Source: Eledone cirrhosa (Eukaryota). Taken from it: a DNA stretch of 64,000 bases. The stretch lies in NCBI GenBank assembly GCA_964016885.1, contig OZ024742.1:66650001-66714000 (forward strand), read 5' to 3'. How positions within the stretch are numbered: position 1 is the stretch's first letter; the number at the start of each line of letters is the position of its first letter. Of this stretch, positions 29,468-43,149 are shown one piece after another. Made by a program: the position numbers and the translations under genes. The notes under the pieces were generated by a model, which searched no databases, was not told where the DNA came from, and was given only the letters and a program-made list of their open reading frames with translations.

Positions 29468-29774
29468 CTATTCTCAGCTAAGTCCCCAGGCAATGCGCGG
29501 ACACTAGGGACTCATATAAAAATAATAATTCGGTGGATGGAACAGCTAGCGGGGACTGAATTCCATAGCACTGAAAAAGTTCACTGTCTCTGGTCAAGTG
29601 GCAGATTCTAAAGAATCAATCATGTGACACTGGGGCTAGTCAGTAGGAGTGGGATGGTATTATGACAAGAGCCTACTACCACTACTATGAATTAGTAGTG
29701 GATTTGGCAAGTTTGCTCAACAAATAAATAATTTGGAGATAAATATAGAGAATTAGTATAATATATATATATAA

Positions 29775-30430
29775 CAGGTGCTATGAAATAGCTTATAAAA
29801 TAGGGTGTAAACCCTTAAAAGACGGAAAAAGAAGTCGCCTGTGTCCGTTATGAGGAATTTAATCCCATATATCCCAGATAACTGCTCAATGTTTTAAACA
29901 ATTCAGCTAAGGGACCATGACAAATCTTCTACCGTCATTTCAGAAGATAGCTGAACAACAGCCTTCCAGATATCAACAGACAGACTTAGATACATCCGTA
30001 TATAAACAAAAAAATATGCTTAGCCGGGAGATTGAACTTTGAAAAGTTGAGATTAAAGAATCAATGTAAAGGATGTGGGAAACTTCTTTTTCTGTATTTT
30101 AAGGGCATTGACGCTATCTTTACTGAGAATTAAACATCATCATTTACAACTATTCTATATCCTCGCATCAAAGTCTAATCTCTCATGATATTTAGAGTGT
30201 TTGTAGACATACGGATGTCCCTCTGTCTGCTGAAATCTGAAATCTGAAATCTTGTTTAGCTATCTAGTTTAAAAGACGGTGTGTTTGTTATCATGGTCTC
30301 ATAGCTCAGTGGTTCAAAGAGGCTAGCCGCTATCTGGGATGTATACGGTTCAATCCGCATAATGACCGGTGGCAACTTCTTTTCCGTCTTTTAAAGGTAT
30401 TGACCCTATTTATAAGAAATTTTATAGTAT
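29775..30430. repeat. Diverged inverted repeat pair (~29775-30008 / ~30198-30430) containing a tRNA-like SINE head
   Basis: GGTCTCATAGCTCAGTGGTT...GGTTCAATCC (A and B box) at ~30296-30360; CTTCTTTTCCGTCTTTTAAAGG mirrors CCTTAAAAGACGGAAAAAGAAG at ~29812. Confidence 0.6.
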
Positions 30431-30519
30431 CTCTGCGCATGAACACATCATCATTTACTCTCAATTCTTTAAACCAATCGCTTCAAAATCCAATTACTCG
30501 GCTATGTAAATATATATAT

Positions 30520-31593
30520 ATTTAAAAAAAAAGGAAAAGAATGACTTCACCTGTAGTGTTAAATAATTTGATTTAATTTTATAATATTATAATATTATGA
30601 GTTGGTAGATCTAGTAAGTTCTTTGTTATCTTCGGTGGGAAGAATTTTAAAGATTCCTGGTTAAATTTGTTGGAGAACTTTCTCGCATTCGTCAGTAGAG
30701 ATTGTCAAAAAATGAGATCATATTGTGTTGAGATGTGTGACTATATAAGAGAGATTTGGATGTGTCTGTGGTGTGAGGTGTGGTGTTAATGAGTGTTGAT
30801 AAAGGTTTGGAGGAATTAAAGCACACACACATACACGCACACAGACAGCATACACACACACACACATATATATACACTCAGAAAATAGTGAGGTTGCAAG
30901 ATAAAGGTGTTGTATACATCCCCTCCTGCTGGTTTTATTTCATTAGCTGACTTTGATGAGTATATAATGGCAGGGTGATTTTCAAATTTGTTTCTTATAG
31001 CTGAATCAACTCTCTTAAATTTATAAAGAATATCTTCTATAAATTTCTATATCAAAGATGAATTTAGGTGCGTGTCTGGGTTTTAATGAGGTGTGAGATA
31101 CATGTCTTTTGATAAGAATGGGATGAGAGTAAAAAGAGAAAGAAGATAATTTTGGAATATTTGTCAAACATGTGTTGTTGATATTGGTTTGGAAGGGGAA
31201 GTGTGGGGAGGAAATGCTAGCTCACATATTCACTTCGCTATATGTAAATATATTTGCAGTCCATATATATTACATACATACACACACACATACACACACA
31301 CACGTATATATATATACATATATATATATATGAATCAACTCTCTTAAATTTTTAAAGAATATAAAAATATTTTCTACAAAAAACTGTATCAAAGATGAAT
31401 TTAGGTGCGTGTAAGATACATGTCTTTTGGTAAGAATGGGATGACAGTAAAAAAAGAAGAGAAGGATAGTTTTGGATCATTGGTAAACATTGTGTTGTTG
31501 ATATTGGTTTGGAAGAGGAAGTGTGCTGGCTCACATATTCACTTCCCTACATGTAAATATATTTGCAGTCCATATATATTACATACACACACA

Positions 31594-31636
<43 letters not shown>

Positions 31637-32150
31637 ACACACACACACACATATATATCACAAATACGCACGTGCATACATACACATATATACATGCACA
31701 CATATGCACACACATATAAGCATGTACACACATATCTGTATACCTACAGACACATATATAAAAAATAACACACACCTATACAGACATATATGTACACACA
31801 TCTACTCAGGTGTTTAAGTTCACATATACATTGGTGTGGGGAAGAAAAATTAATGAAATGTTATTGTACCTCTGAGGGTTTTTCTTCTCTTCAGCGATCG
31901 AATGTTTGAAAGTACGGGAGTCATCAACTATTTTTCTTTTTCAATATGATATTTTTTTAAAAGAATAGAGAGGGGGAGAATCCCGTTAGTTGAAGATGGA
32001 ATATCACTTTTTTGTGTTCAGTAGTGGTTTTTATTTCCTAATAAAGAATTCTTCTTCATATAGTTGGAATATTCGGATATGTCCGACCATATCTGAAAGA
32101 AGGGGAAAATTGTGAAATTTTGGGAATTTTGGGATTTTTCTTAGTATTTC
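30520..32150 (-). mobile_element. Inverted 3' part (endonuclease C-terminus + 3' UTR/pLTR) of a Neptune-type PLE
   Basis: Minus strand ~32130-32015 reads FHNFPL..YEEEFFIRK*KPLLN; 30520-31300 is the reverse complement of 35740-36625; internal partial duplication at 31330-31590. Confidence 0.7.
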
Positions 32151-34220
32151 ATAAACAAATGAAGAAACCGAAATGAGACAAATTCTAGAACTCCAGAAAC
32201 TTGAAACAAAAATCACTCTACCCCGTCTAAGAGTGCCCAAATTTAAAGAGAAATTCGAAGAATGTGACACCACCATTAGAGAAGAAGTAAACAAAAGAAG
32301 CATCGGTAATGTCCGAGAAAAACTCTTTGACCCTTGGAAGAATGATACAACCAGAAGGGAATTGAAATCAAAGAAAATCTTGGAGTAAAGAACATAATGG
32401 CTACAAGAATATGGAAACAAACTATGGGAAAGTCCAAATAAAATCGAAAAAAACAAGCCCATAAGAAACCCTCAAATTCGGGAATATACAAAAACAAGAA
32501 ATGAAGAATTCTCACAATAAACAAACATCAACCAGAAATCGAAGAATCCCAAACACAATTATACACAAATCACATACTGAACACCAGAACCAGATACAAC
32601 TACTATCAAAACCCCAAGAACAATTACCAGCGGCAAAATCAAAGACATATGATGACCGAGCGGAACAACAGAACTAGACCCCCATATATCAACCACCAAA
32701 CAAAATACTACCGTTCAGAAAATTATCAACATGAAATGCCAGCAAACTGAATATGTCACCACAACAAAAACACCGCTAGCTCAAATGGGAATTATTTTAT
32801 AGAACAAGGTGCCTCCCATTAAATGAAAGGAAAAAAGAAAAAATCACCATCCTTCAAATGGCACCCGACGAGAAAACTCCAAAGGAACCAAAAATAATCA
32901 ACATATCGGCGAAAAAACTATCACAACAAGAAATAAAATTGCTAGAAAATGGACCGAAATTCACACCCACTCCAAAAGCAGATCAAGCCGACCTTATAAA
33001 AGACACAAGATTTTTGTCAAAAATTACGTCTAGGAGAATTCTTCCAGCGTGTAGAGTACGAGGAGGAATCACTAGTAAGAAACAAAAAGAACTTCAGATC
33101 TCCATTAAATAGAGACAAATACCTGGAGGATTACATAACCTGCCTCCGACGATCGGCAGAGTCAAATATTGCAGAGACAAAACACAAACACAACATCCCT
33201 ACAGACCAACTGCAAGCACTAAACAAACTACAAAAGACTCCTCAATAATCATAAAAGAAGCAGACAAAGGTGGAGCAATCATCATCATGGACAAAAACCC
33301 CTATTGGTCCTAGAACAGTTGAATAACGATGATTTTTTGCAGAAAAATCAGCAAAAACGAAGAAAGGAAATCGATGATTAAAGTAGGCAAACTGACGACC
33401 AAGTACCAAAACAACTTCACGCTAAAGGAAATCAGTTACTCAACCAACTTTGAAATGAAAACCAGCAACTTCTATGGTTTACCGAAGGTTCACAAATCCA
33501 GAGAAATCCAAAACAACATAAAAGGCAAAAATACATCATATGTTGAAGTACCAAAACCGACAGATTTAAAATTACGCCCAATTGTTGCTGGTCCAGTCTC
33601 AAGCACACAACGTCTAAGCAACCTATTAGACATCATACAGAGACCCTTATGTAAAAAAAAGTGCCAAGCTTCATCAGAGATGATATGGAATTCCTGAACT
33701 ATAACCCTCAGAAAGTACAAGAAACAATCTTAGTCAGCTTTGACGTAACAAGCTTATATACTACATCCCACACGACGTAGGAGTTGAAACTGTTGACTTC
33801 TGGATTACAAAATATCCAGACCACATTTCAGAGAGATTCCCCACAATATTTATTTTTGGAAGGACTCAAACTAGTACTGGAGAACAACTACTTCTTTTTT
33901 GATAACGAACTATATTTACAAATAAAAGGAACGGCCATGGGCACCAAAGTGGGCCCAATATATGCAACAATCGTTATGGGCCACCTAGAGTCAAAATTAC
34001 ATTCCAAACTGCAGGAAACATTCAGTCATAACTTCGCCACCTACATTACTCACAAATGGAAACGCTACCTAGCCGACTGCTTCACCTTCTGGAATAGAAG
34101 CCAAGAAGATCTGCAAAGATTCCATTCCATCATAAACAATTTTCACGAAGAAAGAAAATTCACCATGGACTATCGTTTCTGGATATCTTTATCATTAAGG
34201 AAGTGGAAAATATCAAAACG
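32150..34220 (+). mobile_element. Neptune-type PLE ORF (N-terminus + RT), decayed and 3'-disrupted
   Basis: IINISAKKLSQQEIKLLENGPKFTPTP; IIKEADKGGAIIIMDK; FYGLPKVHK; KLRPIVAG; VSFDVTSLYT; YLQIKGTAMGT; WKRYLADCF. Confidence 0.88.
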
Positions 34221-34221
34221 G

Positions 34222-34350
34222 TCTTATTTACTTATGTGGAATATTCTTTATGTATTTCTTATTTACTTATGTGGAATATTATTTTTGTATTTCTTATTTA
34301 CTTATGTGGAATATTATTTATGTATTTCTTATTTACTTATTTATGTATTT
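34222..34350. repeat. ~35-bp minisatellite
   Basis: TCTTATTTACTTATGTGGAATATT...TGTATT repeated about 3.5 times. Confidence 0.85.
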
Positions 34351-34790
34351 CTTCAGCCTAGCAATAGCGAGAGAATTAAGTCTTAGTAACCAGATTCCGC
34401 TTATATTTCTTTTCTCTCTCAGTACCTTTTACAGTTTTACATTTACATCGTTCTACTTACCGTATTGACCTCCTCCCCCTCCCCCTCCCCTGCTTCCTCT
34501 TTGACCTCACACCCAGCTGTAGCTGGCACCACCAACGCATGAATGGCTCTACTCCGCCTCCTCTCCCATTTACTCCTACTGGCAGGTTTGGCTACCTCCC
34601 CCACCAACTTGCCATCGCAGAGTTACTACTACCTTGTGGGATGACCAATCCTGGTGATTATCTCTTTGACCATATATGGAATTGCCCCTTGACAAGTTCG
34701 GCTATTTAAATACCAGAACTGATTTTTCGTTCAGTACAGAATTAGCCGTCGAAACGGCTTGAGCTCAGCCGTCGGGGTCTTACTTACTCC
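34350..34790 (+). mobile_element. Non-coding pLTR-like element carrying the U3-A8 variant HHR
   Basis: Homologous to ~40405-40850; HHR at 34684-34778. Confidence 0.75.
34684..34778 (+). ncRNA. Type-I hammerhead with compensatory U3-A8 core (UUGACAA)
   Basis: GCCCC-UUGACAA-G..CGGCUA...UAGCCG.C-GAAA-CGGCU UGAGCUC AGCCG-UC/GGGGU. Confidence 0.72.
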
Positions 34791-34919
34791 TATATATATA
34801 TATATATATATATATTGTTATACTTGGGGAGGGTCATATTTGTGTAATATTGCCAGAATTAATAACAGAACACACTCACGATTTCATATAAAAAACCTCG
34901 CAAAACTAATTCATCGCCG

Positions 34920-34945
<26 letters not shown>

Positions 34946-34950
<5 letters not shown>

Positions 34951-35686
34951 AATTGAACGTGAACAAAACAGAGAGGCAGTACAACAAATGTTTATTAATT
35001 TCGCGCTCTTGAGAGTGGGGTGGTGGTGGGGAACGACGTTTCGGGCATAAGCCCTTATTCAGGTGAAAAGTGTGTGGGAAGAGAGTTGAAAGGGTGTGTA
35101 GGGGAGTGGTGTAGAGACATATAGCAAAAAGGGGGTGAGAGGAAACGGTGGAAATGAAATTAAAAATAAAGGCATGATCAAAATAAAATTAAAATGGGGT
35201 AAAAGAGGTGATGGAAGGGTGTGGGGCGTGTAGGGGTTGTGGCGGGTGGAGTGGGGATAGGGAGATGGGGTGTCCGAGCGGGAAGGTCTGAAGGTGGTGT
35301 GTGTGTGTAGGTGTACGTGTGTGTGTGTGTATGTGAAAGCAAGGGTTGGGGTAAGAACGGGGTTGCATGTTCAGGAAGAGATGTGTGTTGGGTGGGGTGT
35401 AGGTCGGAGTGTGAGTGCGTGTGTGGATAGAGGGGTGGGGGGAGAGGAATCCGGAGGCTGAATGTGTAAATATGTGGTGGTACGCACGTGTGTGTGTGGT
35501 GTTTAAGCGTGATGTGGGTGTAGGTGGCGTGTGGGAAAAAAATATTTTTGGGTGTGTGTGTGGGTGAGTCATAAAGGTGATTCCGTAAGAAGATGTGGTG
35601 GAATGCTTGGTAAAATCCAAGGATGTGGTGGATTCCGGTATCAAGGTCCACATACGTTTAATCCGTGAAGAGATTGGTCGGAAGAG

Positions 35687-35690
<4 letters not shown>
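34946..35690 (-). mobile_element. 3' UTR/pLTR of the GC-rich Neptune-type family (cf. 58128-58770)
   Basis: Clear homology to 58128-58770; decayed HHR CUGAAUA-AGGGC UUAU GCCC-GAAA-CG-UC at ~35033-35064. Confidence 0.75.
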
Positions 35691-35730
<40 letters not shown>

Positions 35731-35739
35731 GGTGTGTGT

Positions 35740-36198
35740 GTGAATGTATGTTGTGTGTGTGTATGTATGTAATATATATGGACTGCAAATATATTTACAT
35801 ATAGCGAAGTGAATATGTGAGCTAGCATTTCCTGCCCACACTTCCCCTTCCAAACCAATATCAACAACACATTTTTGACAAATATTCCAAAATTATCCTT
35901 CTTTTCTCTTTTTACTGTCATCCCATTCTTATCAAGGGACATGTATCTTACACCTCATTAAAACCCAGACACGCACCTAAATTCAAATTTGATATAGAAA
36001 TTTGTAGAAGATATTCTTTATAAATTTAAGTGAGTTGATTCAGCTATAAGAAACAAATTTGAAAATCACCCTGCCATTATATACTCATCAAAGTCAGCTA
36101 ATGAAATAAAACCAGCAGGAGGGGATGTATACAACACCCTTATCTTGCAACCTCACTATTTTCTGAGTGTATGTACATATGTGTGTGTGTGTATGTGT

Positions 36199-36241
<43 letters not shown>

Positions 36242-36248
36242 TGTATGT

Positions 36249-36309
<61 letters not shown>

Positions 36310-36666
36310 CGTGAATGTGTGTGTGTGTGTATTCTTTAATTCTTCCAAACCTTCATCAATACTCATTAACACCACACCCCACAGCCCAGACACATCCAAA
36401 TCTCTCTTATATATAGTCACACATCTCAACACAATCTGATCTCAGTTTGACAATCGCCACCGACGAATGCTAGAAAGTTCTCCAATAAATTTAACCAGGA
36501 ATCTTTAAATTCTTCCCACCGAAGTTAACAAAGAAGTTACTAGATCTTCCAACTCATAATATTATAATATTATAAAATTAAATCAAATTATTTAACACTA
36601 CAAGTGAAGTTATTCTTTTCCTTTTTTTCAAATATACCTAACTGTACCAAGGATCTCACACATTTT

Positions 36667-36670
<4 letters not shown>
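35740..36670 (+). mobile_element. 3' UTR/pLTR of the 32150-34220 Neptune-type element
   Basis: Inverted copy of 30520-31300; further fragments at 45612-45800 (-) and 45905-46105 (+). Confidence 0.7.
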
Positions 36671-36727
<57 letters not shown>

Positions 36728-36753
36728 GTGTGTGTGTGTGTTTGTGTGAATGT

Positions 36754-36785
<32 letters not shown>

Positions 36786-37539
36786 GCGCGTGTGCGTGTG
36801 TGTACCTATATCTTTTTGTTTGTGTGTGGGCGGGATGAATGTGCATTTATAAAGATGTGCAAGTAGAAAAGTGAAGGGAAGCCAAACTGTAGAATATGTT
36901 GGAAAGAGAAGAGATAACAAACTACAATGAGATTGTACGTGCGAGTGAATATGGCAGAGGTGCAGAAATGAGGTTAAACACCGACACATGCATGAATGGG
37001 TTGAGATGTCATAAGTGGTGACGTGTATATTATTTAAATGACAGACTGAAACTGTATCATATAGCTTGTGCTATATTACAAGCCATAATTTGATGGACAA
37101 TTTACTGCATTATGTCGTGGTTGAGTTTACACCTGAAATATTATGAGAAAGAAAGAAAATGTTACTGATAATATATCTAAATAATACTGGTGAGGATGAA
37201 GACAATCCAAACAAATTTGCAGTTGAAGCCGCCGCAGTAATTTTCTCTCCTGATTTAATATCGAAGCCGCCCCAAAACACATTTTACTATCAATGCTTTT
37301 TCTCTGCGGAACCGGTTCTCTGAAGAACCAGAACCGTCAGATTGAGGACATCAAGTATTCTGCCTTGATTGAAGTAAAAAGGAGCAACCGATAAAATTGC
37401 TCAAGGATTAGCCTAAAAGTTCCGCTTCGGATGACGCCAGAGCCGATAGACATAATCCTAGAAGATATAAAGCTGCCGAAGCGTGGCAGGGAGAATACAC
37501 TTCTGACACGAAGCCACCGATACTACAAACTTCATGACC

Positions 37540-37850
37540 TTAACAACCGCAAGAACAACTACAATATGTTGCAACTGTAGCAGCATCAATAACGACTACA
37601 GCGGCAGCAGGAACATGGATAATATCAAAAGAATAAAGCAGGGTAGCAATATCACCAACAACTGCACTGTCAGCTGTAACACAAACAACAACAACAGCAG
37701 TGACAATATCAGCAAATACGGTTGGGACAACAGTAGCAACATGAAAACCAACAGTACAAGCAACACCAATATCACAGCAAACACCGTGATCAGCAAGAAC
37801 AACAACAGAAAAGACTATCAACAAAACTACTCCGAGGGTCTCCAAACATA
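37540..37850. repeat. Degenerate (CAA/CAG)n low-complexity tract
   Basis: AAC/AGC-rich repeats; ORFs on both strands are compositionally biased. Confidence 0.7.
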
Positions 37851-37997
37851 ACACTCCCTAACATTACAATCGCTCTCCCCCTCTTTCAAATACACTCAGA
37901 CACCGACACACATATCGACACCCACATAAACATACTCCCACTGCCATATTAGTCGGATTCTAGATCAGATATGCCATGAGTGTAATGAGTAAGTCGT

Positions 37998-38075
37998 TGG
38001 TCGCACTATGGTTTAATGATAGCACTATCATCCAGCATACAGAATATGTGAGTTCAATTCCCACCGCTCATCGTC
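37998..38075 (+). mobile_element. Degenerate tRNA-derived SINE head
   Basis: A-box-like TGGTTTAATGATAG and B-box GAGTTCAATTCCC; no intact cloverleaf. Confidence 0.45.
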
Positions 38076-38227
38076 TAGTTGTATTCCACCTATAGGGCTT
38101 TATATTCTAATACGTTGTAGCAGCATGCGAAAAGCTAACATAATTTGTAAATTTAAATTAACTCAACTCTTCGTAGAAGGATTTCTTACAGACACACCCA
38201 CATACTCACACATACATTATATATACG

Positions 38228-38342
<115 letters not shown>

Positions 38343-39341
38343 TTATATGTATGCGTATATGTGAGTAAGTGTACATGTATATAATTCAATAATTGTGTAC
38401 ATATTTAGTAATATGTGTACATGTGTACATAAATAAAGAAACACGCAAGCACACGCACACACACACACACACACGCGCGCATACACACGCACACACACAC
38501 TAACACACAAACACACTCACACACACACATATATATATATATATGTCTGGACATATATATTTGTATGTGCGTGCGCTTGAGTGTGTTACAACGAATGGAT
38601 GTGTGTAATATTATATGTATGTATGTATTTGAGCCTTGATCTTAATTTGTATGTGTATCATTATATGTCTGCATGCAAGTATATTTCTAGATATTATTGA
38701 TCTAAATAAACATATATACGATGAAATCAGCTATAAAGATATCACATTCCATAAATACGTAGAGTTTAGTTAGGTCAATCGTCCCTAGAATAGCTTTTGT
38801 CTGATCGGCACCAACAATGCCAGACTCTCTAGGGAACACTTGAAGTGATCTGGGAATCATAGATTTTGTTTCCACTATTTTAATGCCGAAAATATTTAGA
38901 ACGGCCATTTATTATCTGAGAGATGTCTGGGATGGCTTTGTTTTTTGGTAGAATCTGGAGTTTGGAAATGTGGTTGTGAAGAATGAAGAGACGGAGAGAG
39001 AGTGTGACAACGTGGGGGATAACCGATACCAACTATGTGTGTGTGTATGTCTTTATGTGTGGTGTGGGACGTGTGGAGTGGAAGATACAATGAGAGATAA
39101 TTAGTTTTCTTAGTTCTATTTTTTTACAGATTTTTCCATAAATAATTTTGAAAACCATAGTTTGTGTGGAGGCGTTTAATGATCTAATCTCTCTCTCCCC
39201 TTCCTCTCCTACACTTTGTGCATACGTATATATATGTGTATGTATATATATATGCGTATATATATACGCATATATATATGCATATATATACGTATATATA
39301 TGTATATATATATATATATATGTGTGTGTGTGGGTGTGTAC

Positions 39342-39386
<45 letters not shown>

Positions 39387-39400
39387 CAGGAACCAGTAAG

Positions 39401-39494
39401 ACCCCGACGGCTGAGCTCAAGCCGTTTCGACGGCTAATTCTGGACTAAATGAAAATTTATCCTGGTATTTAAATAGCCGAGCTTCTCAAGGGGT
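39401..39494 (-). ncRNA. Type-I hammerhead with U3-A8 core (UUGAGAA)
   Basis: Reverse complement of 40746-40839. Confidence 0.72.
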
Positions 39495-40745
39495 AATTCC
39501 ATATATGGTCAAGGTGATTGTCAAAAGTCAGTAGTAATTCTGTGATTGCAAATTAGTAGGGGAGATGGTGGCTAAACCTGCCAGTAGGAGAAAAAGGGGA
39601 GGGGGTGGAGTAGACCCAATCATGCGTTGGTAGTGCCAGCTACAGCTGGGCATGAGGTCAAAGAAGATACTGGGGAGGGGAAGGGGGAGGAAGCCGGAAA
39701 TGTAGGTAGAACAATGAGGGGTAAAAATATATATATGAAAGAAAAAATACTGAGAGTGATGAAAAGTGAATAAGTGTAAAGAAAAAAAAGTAAAGCAAGT
39801 TCTACGACCTAAGTCTCTAGCTATTGTTAGGCTAGATAAATAAATAAATAAATAAGTAAATAATTAAATAAATAAATAAAGAAAGAAATAAAGAAATAAC
39901 GAAATAAGTAAATAAACTAGGTGGGACGGAATCGGCAAGGACCCTTTTAAGAGGCATAAGTACGTAAATCATACGGTGACGGGTCAACAAATGGGGCCAA
40001 AAAGCTAAAGAAACTACCACGAAATAAATAATAAAGGTTTCTATCCCGGGCACAATGCCAGCAACCACCCAGTGCAGCAAAGTAAACTAGTACGAGATAA
40101 TAATTCGGAGTCCCGAAAAAAATATATACTAATGCTAACTCTAAAATATCTTATACAAGCTCGTACTAGTTTACTTTGCTGCACTGGGTGGTTGTTGGCA
40201 TTGTGCCCGATTAGAAACCTTTATTATTTATTTCGTGGTAGTTTCTTTAGCTTTTTGGCCCCATTTGTTGACCCGTCACCGTATGATTTACGTACTTATA
40301 CCTCATAAAAGGGTCCTTGCCTATTCCGTCCCACCTAGTTTTTTTACTTATTTCGTTATTTCTTTATTTCTTTCTTTATTTCTTTCTTTCTTTATTTATT
40401 TATTTATCTAGCCTAACAATAGCTAGAGACTTAGGTCGTAGAACTTGCTTTACTTTTTTTTCTTTACACTTATTCGCTTTTCATCACTCTCAGTATTTTT
40501 TCTTTCATATATATATTTTTACCCCTCATTGTTCTACCTACCGTTCCGACTTCCTCCCCCTCCCCCTCCCCAGTATCTTCTTTGACCTCATGCCCAGCTG
40601 TAGCTGGCACTACCAACGCATGTTTGGGTCTACTCCCCCCCCCCTTTTTCTCCTACTAGCAGGTTTAGCCACCATCTCCCCTAATAATTTGCAATCACAG
40701 AATTACTACTGACTTTTGACAATCACCTTGACCATATATGGAATT

Positions 40746-40839
40746 ACCCCTTGAGAAGCTCGGCTATTTAAATACCAGGATAAATTTTCATTTAGTCCAG
40801 AATTAGCCGTCGAAACGGCTTGAGCTCAGCCGTCGGGGT
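40746..40839 (+). ncRNA. Type-I hammerhead with U3-A8 core (UUGAGAA)
   Basis: ACCCC-UUGAGAA-G..CGGCUA...UAGCCG.C-GAAA-CGGCU UGAGCUC AGCCG-UC/GGGGU; predicted cleavage after 40834. Confidence 0.72.
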
Positions 40840-40985
40840 CTTACTGGTTCCTATTACCCACTCTACTACCCTAAGTATTGAGTACTTTGGTGCGTTATGG
40901 TCCACCTGGTTCCTTACCACATTTCCTTCGTTATATACATACATATATATATATATATGTGGGTGTGTACGTATATATATATACG

Positions 40986-41118
<133 letters not shown>

Positions 41119-41123
41119 ACGTG

Positions 41124-41179
<56 letters not shown>

Positions 41180-41215
41180 TATACGTATATATGCATATAT
41201 ACCTATTATATACAT

Positions 41216-41265
<50 letters not shown>

Positions 41266-41859
41266 AAATGCACTCATTCTGTCACAAACTATTAGAACGT
41301 AGATAATAATCATATCAAAACCAGTCGTAAGTTTGCCACTCTAGATTATGTGGTATCAGCTATCGCTTCCTAAGCCCCCACTCAATCTCACGTGCTCTGG
41401 ATAATGTTTTTGAATAGAATGGCGTGGAGTCATACACATTGATCCCGGGAAAACATGCATCTTTTCAACGTTGTAAGGAATATTTCTTCCATTGTTTTTC
41501 ATATACTAACTGATAACACTGTGTGTGATGCACTCCGCATAATCACGTCACGGCGTCCTTATCTTGGCCATTACATTCCCAGCTTTCAGATTCCTAGAGA
41601 AAGGAGGAAGCCACCTAGAAGAAATATTCATGAAGACAAGTGGACCTGCTTTCACATATAATTATTATTATGGTGGATGAATCCAGGCCGTTTCGTTTCA
41701 TTTATTTAGCTGTTACTCTTTCGTGGATGGAAACTGATAGACTTCACAAATATTTAACAGTTCAGCATATTGAGACATAAAGTGCTCAGACATATTGAGA
41801 CATATAGTGATCAGATAGAGACATAAAAATGTCTCTATCTGATCACTATATCTGTTGCT

Positions 41860-42320
41860 GTTTTCAGTCTAGCGGTTTCTGTTTGACTTATTACTTCATT
41901 ACTCTTATTCCATCGATATTGTCAGCAAAATCTAGATTGCATAGTTACTATGTTCCTATTAAAATTTAGATATGTATGCAGGTTATATCTACAGCATGAT
42001 ATTATCAATATGTTCACAAGCACTGGACTTGGCACCTTGGCGAATTCCAGTAGTTTTTTAATAGAAATTTCCCTGTGGTTATTGACGGTCTCTCCAAGTT
42101 AATATGCTTCATTTATCACTTGTATGTGTTTGACAAGAATGCCTATGCTAAACATAACCAGCTTCATTTTTGTAACATTAAAGTTGTAGCAGATGTCAGT
42201 ATGGACGAAGTAATGTGCCTCCAATCGCAATTTAATATTAAATATATGCTATAATGTACCTCCATCTTCTTTTGATTTCTGACCGTCTGCCATCTGCAGA
42301 AACGTTAGTTGATTTAAACA
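41860..42320 (-). mobile_element. Highly decayed RTE-like LINE RT fragment
   Basis: Manual minus-strand translation gives TTGIRQGA and CNLDFADNIDGI, resembling RT motifs GVRQG and NLRFADDIDGL. Confidence 0.45.
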
Positions 42321-42370
42321 GAGAACAGAGAGTGGTATTTCATATACATATACAGTATATGTGTTTGCAA

Positions 42371-42752
42371 AGCTACGACTTCCTAAAACCGTGTTTCTTT
42401 AGAAGTACGAAATTTCTATACATATTTGTATAAAGCTATGCTTGAAGCGAAATCTTATTTCTTTTCTATTATGAGTTGAGTCAACTTATGCAGCTTCATA
42501 TGCCAATGAGATTAATCACCTCATTTACACAGACGTGAAAACTATATATTCTCGACTGTTTTCAAGTCCAGCAGTCGCAAGCAGTCCTGATGAAGGCCTG
42601 TCAAGCCTGAAATGCTTCTGCTAGACACCAGCAGAGGCTGTTAGCCCCGGTGCTTGCATAGCTACGGCTTCCCAAAACCGTGTTTCTTTGAAATTCTATA
42701 CATATTTGTATGTATATTAAGCTATGCTTAAAGCGAAATCTGATTTCTGTTC
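42371..42752 (+). mobile_element. ~289-bp terminally redundant non-coding unit with HHR core
   Basis: Diverged direct repeats at 42371-42465 and 42660-42752; CUGAUGA-AGGC..GCCU-GAAA at 42587-42612 followed by a 9-bp hairpin; stem I ambiguous. Confidence 0.55.
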
Positions 42753-43149
42753 ATATATATATATATATATATATACATATGTATACATTTGAAAGTGTTA
42801 CCGTTGAAAATAAGAGACATATGCAATGGTAGATTACGGATGGCATTTGCAGAGAGAATGATTTGGTAAATCAAACTCAAGAAACTCTTAAACAATTTTA
42901 TATTACTTATTTCGTGTTTCAAAGTTAAATCATTATAAATTCTAATGCAGACTAAGGGTCCTGTTAATATCATGTAATATATTAGAAGTATACACATTGT
43001 GGATATTTTATGCAATAATATCCTAATCATTAAATGATTTAATTCTGATTGGACAACTCCGAGGCCATATAAAAAATAAGCTTTTAAAATATATTACAAA
43101 TTTATCGAAATATTAATAGACGAATAAGTTAATACTGGCTTTTCCTATT

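Larger units (their letters stand above)
39388..40935. mobile_element. Large fold-back: two ~700-bp inverted copies of the U3-A8 HHR element with a ~63-bp spacer
   Basis: Arms 39388-40096 and 40160-40851 are highly similar reverse complements; flanked by (TA)n on both sides. Confidence 0.88.

Noticed and set aside
30296-30365. tRNA gene (also 37998-38075)
   Set aside because: A and B boxes are present but acceptor and anticodon stems do not pair; these are SINE-type remnants.
30675-30705. CUGACGA-AUGCGA-GAAA on the minus strand as an HHR
   Set aside because: No stem I or stem II pairing, and the other copies (~36460, ~45918) read CCGA.
37170-37530. Possible Ty3/Gypsy gag remnant or host exon
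   Set aside because: Only a vague resemblance (KPP..F..KYSALI), no LTR or pol sequence, and no convincing splice context.
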